Positions 1 to 10,098 of a stretch of 64,000 nt of DNA are shown in pieces. The stretch comes from an uncultured Actinomycetes bacterium. Lineage in GTDB: Bacteria; Actinomycetota; Thermoleophilia; UBA2241. Location: the NCBI GenBank assembly GCA_963755025.1, contig CAVWIH010000011.1:87555-151554 (forward strand), written 5' to 3'. Every line of letters begins with the position of its first letter. Position 1 is the first letter of the stretch. Below the pieces are notes generated by a model. It was not told the DNA's origin and ran no database searches. It saw only the letters and a list, made by a program, of their open reading frames with translations. Made by a program: the position numbers and the translations under genes.

Positions 1-165
1 TGACGGCCCCGGTCCGGGCGTGGGCGCGCGAGGCGGCGGCGCCTGGCGCGCCTCGCCGCCGCCCGAGCGCACGTCGCGCACGGTGCGGCGCACCACGAAG
101 AAGACGAACAGGAACAGCAGGACGAGAAAGACGATCTTGAGGATGAAGAGCACGGTGTCTAGCAT
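1..165 (-). CDS. FhaB-like membrane-anchored FHA protein, N-terminal part (runs off window)
   Basis: ATG at 165 gives MLDTVLFILKIVFLVLLFLFVFFVVRRTVRD (TM helix); overlaps the stop of fhaA, matching the usual fhaA-fhaB order. Confidence 0.7.
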   Translation of the reverse strand, partial: MLDTVLFILKIVFLVLLFLFVFFVVRRTVRDVRSGGGEARQAPPPRAPTPGPGPS

Positions 166-962
166 GGCCTGGTCTCGAAGCTCAGGCTGGTGGTGCCGAG
201 TTGCAGCCGGTCGCCATCGGCGAGCGCGACGCGTTTCACCTCCCGGCCATTGACGAGGATGCCGTTGGTCGACTCGAGGTCGACCACGACGTAACCGTCG
301 GCCTCGCGGCGCACTTCGGCGTGGCGCCGCGACACGTTGGGGTCGTTGATGACGACGTCGCACTGGCGGCTGCGGCCCAGCACGGTGGCCGGGCCGTCGA
401 GGCGGTAGACGCGCTCGCCGCGCACCAGCACGGCGCACAGGCGCTGCCCGGGCGCGACCGGCGCGGCCGCCGCGACGCCGGCGGCCGGCGGCTGAAAGAC
501 GATGGTCTGCGACAGGTTGGAGGGCGGCGCGGCCGGCGTGACGACCAGGCCGGTGGGCGGCGGCGTGACGGCCACGCCCGGCTCGGGAGCGCCCTGCGCG
601 CCCATGTGGGCGGCGATGCCGAACTCGCCCAGGGCGAGGTCGTCGTCGGAGTGCAGCGATATGCGCGGCGTCGCGACGAGGGTCCAGCTCTCGCGGTTGG
701 CGTAGGCCACGAGGTAGCTCGCCAGGTCTTCGACCAGCGGGCCCTCGAACGAGCTCAACTGCTCGTAGTCGGCCGGCGACAGGTAGACCTCGTACTCGCT
801 GGGCACGTAGACGCGCGAGACGCTGACCGTCTTGTGGTCGCTCATCTCCTTGGCCAGCTTGTGCGCCAGCTCGACCGGCTGCACGCTCGACTTGAAGGCG
901 CGGCCGAACATGCCCTCGACCATCTTCTCCATGTGCTTCTCGATCGACTTGAGTACGTTCAA
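159..962 (-). CDS. fhaA: DUF3662 + FHA domain protein (FhaA-like)
   Basis: N-term FGRAFKSSVQPVELA (DUF3662); C-term FHA motifs LGR, VSRRHA, DLESTNG. Confidence 0.9.
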   Translation of the reverse strand: MNVLKSIEKHMEKMVEGMFGRAFKSSVQPVELAHKLAKEMSDHKTVSVSRVYVPSEYEVYLSPADYEQLSSFEGPLVEDLASYLVAYANRESWTLVATPRISLHSDDDLALGEFGIAAHMGAQGAPEPGVAVTPPPTGLVVTPAAPPSNLSQTIVFQPPAAGVAAAAPVAPGQRLCAVLVRGERVYRLDGPATVLGRSRQCDVVINDPNVSRRHAEVRREADGYVVVDLESTNGILVNGREVKRVALADGDRLQLGTTSLSFETRPC

Positions 963-1026
963 GCGACGGCTCCCCGCGACGTGTCGGCCCGTGTCAGGCT
1001 GCGACTGAAAAGCCTACCACAGGCTC

Positions 1027-2795
1027 TCAAGCTTGATCCCAGATAGGGTCGCCCTCGGGCACCGGTTCGCGGCGCTCGCCGGGGGTGACGGCGGCCAGCA
1101 CCAGGCCGCTGGCCACGGCCGCGACCACGACGTTGGCGAGCAGCTCGTGCGAGGCCACCGGCAGCCGCCAGACCGTGACCGGTACGATCCAGCCCAGCAG
1201 GTAGAAGACGCTGAAGGCGAGCGACCACAGCCAGAGGCGCGCTTCGAGGCGCGGCAGGCGCAGGGCCACGGCCAGGGCCAGCGCCAGTCCGGCCCAGAGC
1301 GCCACCTGCAGCACGCAGGGCCAGGTGAGCAGCGCGCGGGCGGCGGCCACCAGCAGGGCGACCGGGTTGCCCTCGGTGCTCAGGCGCGCGGCCAGGAGCG
1401 TGGGCGCCTGGTAGCCGGCAAAGGCGGAGCGCGTGGCGGCGGAGAGGTCGACGACGAAGAAGGTGACGACCGCCGTCCAGGCGGCGGCCAGCGGGCCGCG
1501 GCGGCGGCCCAGGGCGGCCGCCGCGCAGACGGCCAGCAACACGCCCGAGACCGGCACCAGCACGATGGCCAGCACGGGCCACACGGCGAGCAGCGGACGG
1601 CGGCGGAACACGACGAAGCCGACCATGGCGACCGGCAGGTAGACGAAGCCGGCCGACATGGACACGTTGAACAGGGGGAAGGCGGCCAGGCCCAGCCACA
1701 GGGCAAGCCCGACGCGGGGCACGACGAACCAGAGCGCCGCCACCACCACGGCCGCGGGCAGCGTCCAGTTCTGCGGGTAGGCCGGCAGGTGGGCGAGCAG
1801 GCCGGCCATGCCCACGCCGGCGAGCGTCGCGCCGAGACCGCGCTCGGCCACCACGCGCAGCCGGCCCAGGGGCGCCAGCAGGCGCCGCGGGCGCAGCCGC
1901 CGGCCGCCGTCGAGGCGGCCGGACAGCGCCCGCAGCGCCTCGCCCATCTCGTCGGCGGCAGGCCGCGCCGCGGCGTTCGTGGCGCAGGCGGCGGCCACCA
2001 CGTCGGACAGCTCGCGGGGCAGGTCAGGGCGCAGCGTCTCGAGGGGCGCGATGCGCCCGGCGAGGATGTTGCCGACGGTCTCGCCGGCGGTCGCGCCGCG
2101 CACCGGGTTGCGGCCGGCGAGCAGCTCGTAGAGCAGCACGCCGGCGGAGTAGACGTCGGTCGGCGAGGCTGACGCGCCGGCCGGCGGCCTGCTCGGGCGA
2201 CATGTAGGCGACGGTGCCCAGCATCTCGCCCTCGGCGGTCATGGTGTCGGCGTCGGCCAGGTGGGCGATGCCGAAGTCCATGACCTTCACGACCCCGCGG
2301 CCGTCGACCATGACGTTCTGCGGCTTGACGTCGCGGTGCACGATGCCCCGGCTGTGGGCGTAGGCGAGCGCGTCGCAGAGCTGGCCGGCGGCGGCCACCG
2401 CCTCGTCGTCGCGCGAGCTCGCCGGCGAGCTCGGCGAGCGACTCGCCGCGCACGAGCTCCCAGACGAGAAAGCTGCGCCGGCCGTCGGAGAAGAAGTCGA
2501 GCAGGGCGACGATGCCGGGGTGGTCGAGGGCGCGCGCGGCTTCGACCTCGCGCACCACGCGGCCGGCGACGGCGCCGCGCTCGTCGACGACCTTGAGGGC
2601 GACGTCGGCGCCGGTCTCGAGGTCGAAGGCCTCGTAGACGTCGGCCGAGCCGCCCGAGCCGATCTTGGCGACGATCTCGTAGCGGTCGCGCCAGTCGGTG
2701 TAGACGGGCGTGCGGTCATACGATGACGCGGGCACTGGCTGACGAGCCTCCCAAATCGGGGCTGTTGCGGACGCCGCTTGTCGGCGCCCTGACAC
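1027..2795 (-). CDS. Ser/Thr protein kinase with multi-TM C-terminus (frameshifts near 2415 and 2165)
   Basis: [43 protein letters not shown] spread over three frames; hydrophobic C-terminal half. Confidence 0.85.
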
Positions 2796-2807
2796 ATCTA
2801 TTCGCTA

Positions 2808-2816
2808 TGGTATAGT
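2808..2816 (+). promoter_or_regulatory. Extended -10 element (TGG-TATAGT) upstream of tRNA-Leu
   Basis: TGnTATAGT about 25 bp before the tRNA 5' end. Confidence 0.5.
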
Positions 2817-2840
2817 CTTCACCCTGTTCGGGGTCCTTGA

Positions 2841-2927
2841 GGGCGAGTGGTGAAACTGGCAGACACGCTAGGTTCAGGACCTAGTGCTCGAAAGAGCTTG
2901 CGGGTTCAAATCCCGCCTCGCCCACCA
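2841..2927 (+). tRNA. tRNA-Leu(CAG)
   Basis: GGGCGAG/CTCGCCC acceptor stem, CTAGG-TTCAGGA-CCTAG anticodon arm, long variable arm, GGTTCAAATCC T-loop, encoded CCA. Confidence 0.95.
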
Positions 2928-2950
2928 TCTCTTCGGCCGGGGAGAAACCA

Positions 2951-4048
2951 GTGTCGTTCTTCGACGATGACGCAGAGGTAACTCAGGTCACGACGCCTGC
3001 CCCGCGCTCGCGCCGCAAACGCAACCGTTCGCGTCTTCGCATTCAGCGCCTGGTCATCGCCCTGGTCGCCCTCTTCGTTCTGGTCTTCGTGCTGGCCCTC
3101 GTCATTCGTTCGTGCCAGCAGAACGCCAAAGAGTCGACCTACCGCTCGTACTTCGGCCAGGTCGGGCAGGTCGAGAGCGACGCCACCAACAAGGTCGGCA
3201 AGCCCATCGCCGCGCTGCTGGCCGACCCCACCAAGTACGGCCGCGCCCAGCTCGAGAGCGAGCTCAACAAGCTGGTCGCCACGCAGAACGAGATCACCAC
3301 GCGCACCGAGCGCATCAGCGCGCCCGGCAAGCTCAAGACCCTGCACCAGATCCTCGTGCAGGGCCAGCAGGTGCGTCTCGCCGGCGTGCAGCAGGTGCGC
3401 GCCGGACTGCTCGCCGCCCTCACCGGCAAGGGCCTGCACGCCACGGCGCGCAAGCTCGCCGCCCTGTCGGGCTACTTCACGGGGCCCGACGTCTACTACA
3501 ACCAGCTTTACCGCACGCAGGCGCAGAAGGTCGTGACCGACGACGGCGTCACCAACGTCGCGGTGCCCGAGGTCGGCTACTTCTCCAGCGCCTCGGTCTT
3601 CTCGCCGACCGCCCTGAACGCGGCGCTCTCGACCGTGTCGTCGTCGGCCAAGCTGAGCGGCGTGCACGGTGTGGGCCTGGCCGGCGTGGCCGTCAAGAGC
3701 AACGGCACCTCGGTTACCCTGACCGCCGGCTCCAGCACGCACTTCACCGCCTCGGTCGGCGTGCTCGTGCTGGTCACGGTGCAGAACCTGGGCACCGTCA
3801 CCGAAGGCAACGTAGCGGTCAAAGTCACCTGGACGGGGCCCGCCGGCACCTCGGCGCAGATCCTCACCGCCACAATCCCCTCGATCGCCCCGGGCCACAA
3901 GGCGACGGCCAGCGTACCCGGCCTCAACATACCGTCTACGGCCATCACCAAGTCGTCGACCCTCAAGGTCGAAGCCGGCCCCGTGCCCGGCGAAAGGGTG
4001 CTGTCCAACAATCACGCCACCTTCACGATCGTCCCGGTCCTCAAGTAA
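2951..4048 (+). CDS. Membrane-anchored protein with C-terminal CARDB/Ig-like domain
   Basis: Basic stretch plus one TM helix; C-term VTVQNLG...GERVLSNN pattern; host-like codon usage. Confidence 0.7.
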   Translation: MSFFDDDAEVTQVTTPAPRSRRKRNRSRLRIQRLVIALVALFVLVFVLALVIRSCQQNAKESTYRSYFGQVGQVESDATNKVGKPIAALLADPTKYGRAQLESELNKLVATQNEITTRTERISAPGKLKTLHQILVQGQQVRLAGVQQVRAGLLAALTGKGLHATARKLAALSGYFTGPDVYYNQLYRTQAQKVVTDDGVTNVAVPEVGYFSSASVFSPTALNAALSTVSSSAKLSGVHGVGLAGVAVKSNGTSVTLTAGSSTHFTASVGVLVLVTVQNLGTVTEGNVAVKVTWTGPAGTSAQILTATIPSIAPGHKATASVPGLNIPSTAITKSSTLKVEAGPVPGERVLSNNHATFTIVPVLK

Positions 4049-4054
4049 GGACCT

Positions 4055-4813
4055 ATGCAGAGCCTGCGTGACATCGCCCCCTACCTGGCGCTCGGCGCCG
4101 CCGTGCTCGGCATCGTCGTGCTGGTGCTCGTCGTGCGCGTCATGGTGGGCCAGCGCCGCCTGCGCCAGGCGCAGCTCGCGGTGCTTGGCGCCCACGGCGA
4201 GCGCGACCTCGTGCTGCACGCCCAGGACCTCGAAGACCAGGTGCGCAACCTGCGCGAAGCGGTGCGCGGCCTCGACGGCCTGCTGGCCAGCTACAAGCTC
4301 GACCTCGACCGCGCCTTCAGCCACCGCGCCATCGTGCGCTACGACGCCTTCCGCGACATCGGCGGCGAGCAGAGCGCCTCGATCGCGCTGCTCGACAACA
4401 CCGCCTCGGGGCTCGTCATCAGCATGATCCACTCGCGCGACTACGCCCGCATCTACGTCAAGCAGCTGCGCCGTTCGGTGCCCGACCGCGCCCTGTCGCC
4501 CGAAGAGGTCGCGGTCGTCGAGCAGGCCCTCATAGGCTGGAGCGAAAAGCCGGCCGCGCTCAACGTGCGCGCCGCCGACGCCATCAAGGCGGCCGGCGCC
4601 AACGCACCGGCCCCGAGCGAACGCCCCGCCGAGCCCGCCGCCGGCGAGCGCGACGCGGCGCCGGGCGAGCGCGACGCGGGGCCGGGTGAGCGCGACGCGG
4701 GGCCGGGTGAGCGCCCCGCGAGCCCGGGTGAGCGCCCCGCGAGCCCGCCGCCGGCCGGCAGAGCGCCGCGCCCCTCCGACGACGACCTCTCCGAACCCTG
4801 GGGACCCGCATGA
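4055..4813 (+). CDS. DUF4446-family protein with repetitive tail
   Basis: TM helix, coiled coil, VRYDAFRDIGGEQSASIALLD, RIYVK, LSPEE. Confidence 0.85.
   Translation: MQSLRDIAPYLALGAAVLGIVVLVLVVRVMVGQRRLRQAQLAVLGAHGERDLVLHAQDLEDQVRNLREAVRGLDGLLASYKLDLDRAFSHRAIVRYDAFRDIGGEQSASIALLDNTASGLVISMIHSRDYARIYVKQLRRSVPDRALSPEEVAVVEQALIGWSEKPAALNVRAADAIKAAGANAPAPSERPAEPAAGERDAAPGERDAGPGERDAGPGERPASPGERPASPPPAGRAPRPSDDDLSEPWGPA
4640..4745 (+). repeat. Five 21-bp in-frame tandem repeats (PGERDAG/PGERPAS)
   Basis: ccggg(c/t)gagcgc(gacgcgggg/cccgcgagc) units in tandem. Confidence 0.85.
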
Positions 4814-5676
4814 CCGACGCCGTTTCGCAGCCCATCGCCTTTCTGGGGCCCGAGGGCACCTTCAGCGAAGAGGCGCTGCTGGGCAACATGCCCGCCGGCG
4901 CCTACCACCCGTTCCCCTACCCCTCCATCCGCGAGGTGCTCCTGGCGGTGCAGGCGGGCGACGCGCCGCTGGGCATCGTGCCCATCGAGAACTCCATCGA
5001 GGGCTCGGTCGTGGTCACCCTCGACAGCCTGGCCTTCGGCTTCGACGACCTGCGCATCGCGCGCGAGGTCACCTGGCAGGTGCACCAGCAGCTGATCGCC
5101 CGGCACCCCGTCGACTTCGCCCGGGTCACCAAGATCGTCAGCATCCCGCACGCCTACGGCCAGTGTCGCGAGTTCATTCGCGAGCACTTGGACGGCGTCG
5201 AGCACGAGCCCACCGACTCGACCGCCGAAGCCGTGCGCCGCGTGAGCCGCGTCGAGCGCCCCTGGGTGGCCATCGGCACCCGCCTGGCGGCCGAGATGTA
5301 CGAGTGCGTGGTGGTCGCCCCCGACGTCGACGACGCCCCCGACAACCGCACGCGCTTCGTGTTCGTGAGCCGCGACGAAGCGCCGCAGGGCGCGCCCGTC
5401 GAGGGCCCCGGCGTCGACACCACCTTCAAGACGAGCATCGTCTGCGGCATCTCCCAGGACCAGCCGGGCAGCCTGCTCATGATCCTCTCCGAGTTCGCCT
5501 ACCGCTACGTCAACCTGACGAAGGTCGAATCGCGCCCCTCCAAGCAGGGCCTCGGCGACTACATCTTCTTCATCGACATGGTGGGCCGGGCGACCGACCC
5601 GCCCATCGCACAAGCGCTCTCGTGCCTGGGCTGCAAACTCACCTGGCTTAAGGTCCTGGGCTCCTACCCAAGCTAA
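4810..5676 (+). CDS. pheA: Prephenate dehydratase
   Basis: FLGPEGTFSE, PIENSIEGSV, NRTRF, ACT domain NLTKVESRP, LGSYP. Confidence 0.95.
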   Translation: MTDAVSQPIAFLGPEGTFSEEALLGNMPAGAYHPFPYPSIREVLLAVQAGDAPLGIVPIENSIEGSVVVTLDSLAFGFDDLRIAREVTWQVHQQLIARHPVDFARVTKIVSIPHAYGQCREFIREHLDGVEHEPTDSTAEAVRRVSRVERPWVAIGTRLAAEMYECVVVAPDVDDAPDNRTRFVFVSRDEAPQGAPVEGPGVDTTFKTSIVCGISQDQPGSLLMILSEFAYRYVNLTKVESRPSKQGLGDYIFFIDMVGRATDPPIAQALSCLGCKLTWLKVLGSYPS

Positions 5677-5692
5677 CCGCGGGGCCCTCGCC

Positions 5693-6754
5693 TTGGCCCG
5701 CCTGAACCCGTTTCGCCGCCACATGCTCATCTTGCGCTTCGACGCGGGCAGCCTGCTCGAGGCGTTCCTCGTGTCGGCGGTCACCGCCCTGCTCGTGGTG
5801 CGCTTCGCGCTCGTCGTGGCCGGCTACCCGACCCTCGGCGGCGGCCACCTGCACATCGCCCACATGCTGTGGGGCGGCCTCGCCATGATGGCCGCCGTCG
5901 TCATGCTGCTCGTGTCGGTCAGCCGCCTGTCGGCCGAGCTCGCCGCGGTGCTCGGCGGCGCCGGCTTCGGCGTTTTCATCGACGAGCTCGGCAAGGTCAT
6001 CAGCCGCGACAACGACTACTTCTTCAGGCCCACCGTGGCCCTCATCTACGTCATCTTCATCGTGCTCGTGCTCGTCTTTCGGCGCCTGGCGCGCACCACG
6101 CCGCGCTCGCCGGCGGCCAACCTGGCCAACGCCCTCGAGCTCACCAAAGAGGCCGTCATCCGCGACTTCGACGCCGAAGACAAGCGTCACGCGCTGGCCC
6201 TGCTCGCGCGCTGCGACCCGGCCGACCCGCTGGTGGTCGCGCTCACCGCCGCCCTTGAGCGCATAGAGCCGGCGCCGCCGACCGCGCCCCACTGGGTCGT
6301 GCAACTGCGCCGCTGGGGCGACCAGAGCTACCGCCGCCTGGTGCGCCGGGTCTGGTTCGGACGCCTCGTGGTGGCCGCCTTCGTGGCGGCCTCGCTGGTG
6401 ACCTTCGTGCAGGCCATCCGTCGCCTGATCGAGCTCGCCGAAACGCCCGACGCCAGCCTCGACAGCGCCACGCGCAACACCCTGCAGCTCGCCCGCGCGG
6501 GCTCGCTCGTGGCGTCGCTCACGGTCGGCGTGCTGGTCGTGGTGGGCATCGCCGTGTTGCGCCGCTCGCGGCTCGACGCCTACCGCTGGTTCCTGCGGGC
6601 GACGCTCGTGTCGATCTTTCTGAGCCAGGTCTTCGCCTTCTACCTGGCCCAGCTCGAGGCGCTCATCGGACTGGCCGTCAGCGTACTGTTCTGGGTCACT
6701 CTGCGGTATACAATCCATGAAGAAGAGGACATGATCGCCGAGCCCAGTCCCTAG
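5693..6754 (+). CDS. Conserved multi-pass membrane protein
   Basis: Several TM helices; HIAHMLWGG and FIDELGK..DNDYFF motifs. Confidence 0.75.
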   Translation: MARLNPFRRHMLILRFDAGSLLEAFLVSAVTALLVVRFALVVAGYPTLGGGHLHIAHMLWGGLAMMAAVVMLLVSVSRLSAELAAVLGGAGFGVFIDELGKVISRDNDYFFRPTVALIYVIFIVLVLVFRRLARTTPRSPAANLANALELTKEAVIRDFDAEDKRHALALLARCDPADPLVVALTAALERIEPAPPTAPHWVVQLRRWGDQSYRRLVRRVWFGRLVVAAFVAASLVTFVQAIRRLIELAETPDASLDSATRNTLQLARAGSLVASLTVGVLVVVGIAVLRRSRLDAYRWFLRATLVSIFLSQVFAFYLAQLEALIGLAVSVLFWVTLRYTIHEEEDMIAEPSP

Positions 6755-6803
6755 CGATTTCGGATGTGCCTGAGACTACTCAGATGAGCGCCGGAGGGTC
6801 GAC

Positions 6804-7265
6804 ATGACACGGGTGAAGGTCGAGATCCGCACCATGCGCAGCGGCGACGAGAGCATGCTGCTCTACCTGGCCGAAGAGACGCTCCACCCCCTGGCCGCCG
6901 GCGCCGGCCACCCCGAGCGCTACGACCCCGGCGAGCTGCTCGCCCTGTTCGGCGAAGCCTCGGTGTTCGTCGCCGAGTCGGGCGGCGAGATCGCCGGCTA
7001 CGTCGCCGTCGAGCGCGCCGCCGAGGCCCTCGAGGTGCGCTGCCTGTGCGTGAGCCCCGCCTTCGAAGCCCAGGCGGTGGCCCACCAGCTCGTCGACTGG
7101 GTCGAGGGCGTGGCCTTCTCGCAACAGGTGGGCCGGCTGCGCGCCCTGGTGCCGGCCAGCGACGAGCGCTCGCAGCGCCTGTATCGCGGCCACGAGTTCG
7201 TGCCCTTGCCGCTGCTCGAAGAGCCCGAGACGATCGTGCTCGAAAAGCGCCTGCGGGCCGACTGA
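6804..7265 (+). CDS. GNAT-family N-acetyltransferase
   Basis: VFVAE..GEIAGY, LCVSP, RLYRGHEF; RBS GGAGGG. Confidence 0.75.
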   Translation: MTRVKVEIRTMRSGDESMLLYLAEETLHPLAAGAGHPERYDPGELLALFGEASVFVAESGGEIAGYVAVERAAEALEVRCLCVSPAFEAQAVAHQLVDWVEGVAFSQQVGRLRALVPASDERSQRLYRGHEFVPLPLLEEPETIVLEKRLRAD

Positions 7266-7335
7266 AGGTCGCAACCGCCCGTCGGGGCGACCCGCCAGGC
7301 ACACGACCTGCCAAGCACACGCACAAGGGGGGACC

Positions 7336-7860
7336 ATGGCCTTGCCGTTCGGGGTGCGTCAAAAGCCGGCGCTCGTCGAGATGCCCGCGCAGAAGATGGC
7401 CGTGGTGCGCTCGCTGGGCGACCCCAGCGCCGTCGCCGAGCAGGTCTTCCCCGCTCTCTACGGCGCCGTCTTCACGCTCAAGTTCAAGGTGCTCAAGCCG
7501 CGCGGCGTGGAGTTCAAGGTGAGCCCGCCGCGAGCGCGCTGGCCGCAGCTCTACGAGCTGCCGCGCGAGGAGTGGACGGGCATCTGGGGCATCCCCGTGC
7601 CCGACGACACCGACGAGCTCCCCCAGACCGTGCCCGACGTGCCGGTCACCATGGAGACCTGGGAGTACGGCACGACGGCCCACATCCTGCACCTGGGGCC
7701 CTACGCCGACGAGGCGCCCACCGTCGCCCGGCTGCAGGAGTTCATCGCCGCGAGCGGCTACGAGATCGCCGGCGTGCACGAAGAGGAGTACCTCTCGCGT
7801 CCCGAGGCCAAGCAGATGAAGACCATCATCCGCTACCCGGTGAGGCCACTCGATGCCTGA
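7336..7860 (+). CDS. GyrI-like small-molecule-binding domain protein
   Basis: ILHLGPYADE, HEEEYLS..KTIIRYPV. Confidence 0.85.
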   Translation: MALPFGVRQKPALVEMPAQKMAVVRSLGDPSAVAEQVFPALYGAVFTLKFKVLKPRGVEFKVSPPRARWPQLYELPREEWTGIWGIPVPDDTDELPQTVPDVPVTMETWEYGTTAHILHLGPYADEAPTVARLQEFIAASGYEIAGVHEEEYLSRPEAKQMKTIIRYPVRPLDA

Positions 7861-7905
7861 GGCCGGGCGCGGCGGCGCGCCGCGCGGCCGCCCCGGATGC
7901 CGCCC

Positions 7906-9222
7906 CTAGATCGCCAGGAACTGCGCGCCGAGCAGGTAGACGTTCAGGGCGATGATGACGCCGGCGACCGCCCAGGCGGCGCCCGTCACGAGCGGCCCGT
8001 TCACGTGCTCGCCCATGACGCGACGGTCCGAGGTAAGGCGCACGAGGGGCACGAGAGCGAAGGGAATGCCGAACGAGAGCACGACCTGGCTCAGCACCAG
8101 GGCGCGCGTCGGGCTTACGTTCACAGCGAGCAGCGCCAGGGCCGGCAGCATGGTCAAGGCACGGCGAAGATAGAGCGGCACTCGCAGGCGCACGAACCCC
8201 GCCATCACCACCTGGCCGGCGTAGGTGCCCACCGACGACGATGAGACCCCCGAGGCGAGCAGGGCGATGGCAAAGGCCAGCGCTGCCCCGCCGCCCACCA
8301 GCCGGGCAAGGCCGGCATGGGCCGCCTCGATGGTCGCGATGCCGGTGTGGCCGGGGTTGTGAAAGAGCGTCGCGGCGAGGGCGAGCATGGCCATGTTGAT
8401 GAGGCCGGCCAGGCCGAGCGCCACCACGACGTCGAGGCGCTCGAATCGCAAGATGCGGCGGCGTTCGCGATCGCTGCGCGCGGGCACGCGCCCGTTGATC
8501 AGCGCCGAGTGCAGGTAGATGGCGTGCGGCATGACGGTGGCGCCGACGATGCCGACCGCCAGCAGGACCGATTCGCGCCCGCCGAGGTGCGGCACGAGGC
8601 CAGCCAGCGACGAGGAGGCCGGCGGGCTGATGCGCAGCGTCTCGTAGAGAAAACCGGCGAAAATCACGCCGAGGAGCGCCGTGATGGCCACCTCGAAGCG
8701 CCGAAAACCGTGGCGCTGCAGCTCGAGGATGGCGAAGGCGATGACGCCGGTGATCAGGCCGGCCGGCAGCAGGGGCACGCCGAAGAGCAGGTTCAGCCCC
8801 AGAGCGGCGCCCATGAACTCGGCGACGTCGGTGGCCATCGCCATGGCCTCGGCCTGCAGCCACAGAAAGACGGTCGTCGCAGGCGAGTAGCGCTCGCGGG
8901 CGAGTTCCGGCAGGTTGTGGTCGGTGACGATGCCGAGCTTGGCCGACAGGTACTGCACGAGCATGGCCATGAGGTCGGCCATGGCCACGACCCACAGCAG
9001 CAGAAAGCCGAACTGGGCGCCGCCGGCCACGTTGGTCGCGAAGTTGCCGGGGTCGACGTAGGCAATCGCCGCAACGAAGGCCGGCCCCAGCATGGCCAAG
9101 GTGGCGCGCAGGCGGCCACGCGCCAGCAGCGCCTCGAGCGGCGTGACGACCACTGCCGCAGGCGCCGGCAGAGTGTAGGAGTCCTGTTCCGGCGGCGTCA
9201 TCGAGCCGAGCTCTGAGACCAA
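7906..9222 (-). CDS. mntH: Nramp Mn2+/Fe2+ transporter
   Basis: AYVDPGNFATN, GATVMPHAIYLHS, VLSQVVLSFGIPFAL. Confidence 0.95.
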   Translation of the reverse strand: MVSELGSMTPPEQDSYTLPAPAAVVVTPLEALLARGRLRATLAMLGPAFVAAIAYVDPGNFATNVAGGAQFGFLLLWVVAMADLMAMLVQYLSAKLGIVTDHNLPELARERYSPATTVFLWLQAEAMAMATDVAEFMGAALGLNLLFGVPLLPAGLITGVIAFAILELQRHGFRRFEVAITALLGVIFAGFLYETLRISPPASSSLAGLVPHLGGRESVLLAVGIVGATVMPHAIYLHSALINGRVPARSDRERRRILRFERLDVVVALGLAGLINMAMLALAATLFHNPGHTGIATIEAAHAGLARLVGGGAALAFAIALLASGVSSSSVGTYAGQVVMAGFVRLRVPLYLRRALTMLPALALLAVNVSPTRALVLSQVVLSFGIPFALVPLVRLTSDRRVMGEHVNGPLVTGAAWAVAGVIIALNVYLLGAQFLAI

Positions 9223-9276
9223 AGGGCGGGCGGAGTCATCGACAGTCCGCTAGTGCCGGGGGACGGCCGGCACCGG

Positions 9277-9945
9277 CTAGTTGACCTCGACCGCCAGCGC
9301 GCGGGCGGCCAGGCGGCCGAGGCTGCGCTGGCGGCCGCGTAGCGACACACGCAGGGAGCCGCCGAAGGGCTCGGGCGCCAGCACCTCGAGCTCGGTACCG
9401 AGCTCGATACCCTGGCGCTCGAGGTAGGCGAGCAGCTCGGGCTCGGCGCCGAGCACGCGCACGACGCGCCCCGTGGCGCCGACCGGAAGGCGTTCCAGGA
9501 TCTGGGTGGCGGCCTCGTCGACTTCGAGCGCGGCAGAGGGAATCGGGTCGCCGTGCGGGTCGCGGACCGGCTCGCCGAGCTTGGCGGCGATCCTCGCCAG
9601 AAGGCGGTCGGAGACGGAGTGTTCGAGAGCCTCGGCCTCGACGTGCACCTCGTCCCAACCCATGCCGAGCTCTTCGACCAGCAGGGTCTCGAGCAGCCGG
9701 TGGCGGCGTACGACGGCGAGCGCGAGACGCCGTCCCGCCGGCGTGAGGCGCACTCCCCCATAGCGCACATGCTCGACCAGGCCTTCGGCCGCGAGCCGGC
9801 CCACCATGCCGCTGGCCGAAGCCGGCCTGACGCGGAGATGGGCGGCCAGGGCGCTCATCGACGTCGAGTCGGATTCCGGCGACTCGAGCAGGTAGATCGC
9901 TTTAAGGTAGTCCTGAACGGCGGCCGTGGTGACAGTAGTGTCCAT
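9277..9945 (-). CDS. mntR: DtxR/MntR-family metal-dependent repressor
   Basis: QDYLKAIY, RRHRLLE, EAEALEH, DPHGDPIP, FeoA-like tail; upstream of mntH. Confidence 0.9.
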   Translation of the reverse strand: MDTTVTTAAVQDYLKAIYLLESPESDSTSMSALAAHLRVRPASASGMVGRLAAEGLVEHVRYGGVRLTPAGRRLALAVVRRHRLLETLLVEELGMGWDEVHVEAEALEHSVSDRLLARIAAKLGEPVRDPHGDPIPSAALEVDEAATQILERLPVGATGRVVRVLGAEPELLAYLERQGIELGTELEVLAPEPFGGSLRVSLRGRQRSLGRLAARALAVEVN

Positions 9946-9960
9946 GGCACTCTGGTTGCC

Positions 9961-10003
9961 ATGTTAGGCACTGCTTAAACGCTTTAATAGGCTTGGCTAA
10001 CAT
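9961..10003. promoter_or_regulatory. Tandem DtxR/MntR-type operator boxes
   Basis: TTAGGCACTGCTTAA and ATAGGCTTGGCTAA inside an ATGTTAG...CTAACAT inverted repeat just upstream of mntR. Confidence 0.65.
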
Positions 10004-10098
10004 TCGCCCCGGCTGAGGACACAGCCGCGGCTCGTCCCGCCGGGCGCCGCCGGCCTCAGGCGTGCGCGACTTCGTTGCGCGCCTAGTCCGCGTCGCGC

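Noticed and set aside
1027-2795. Frameshifts here and in int, terL, ABC ATPase and transposases as programmed recoding
   Set aside because: Scattered single-base indels without slippery motifs across unrelated genes; consensus error or decay is more likely
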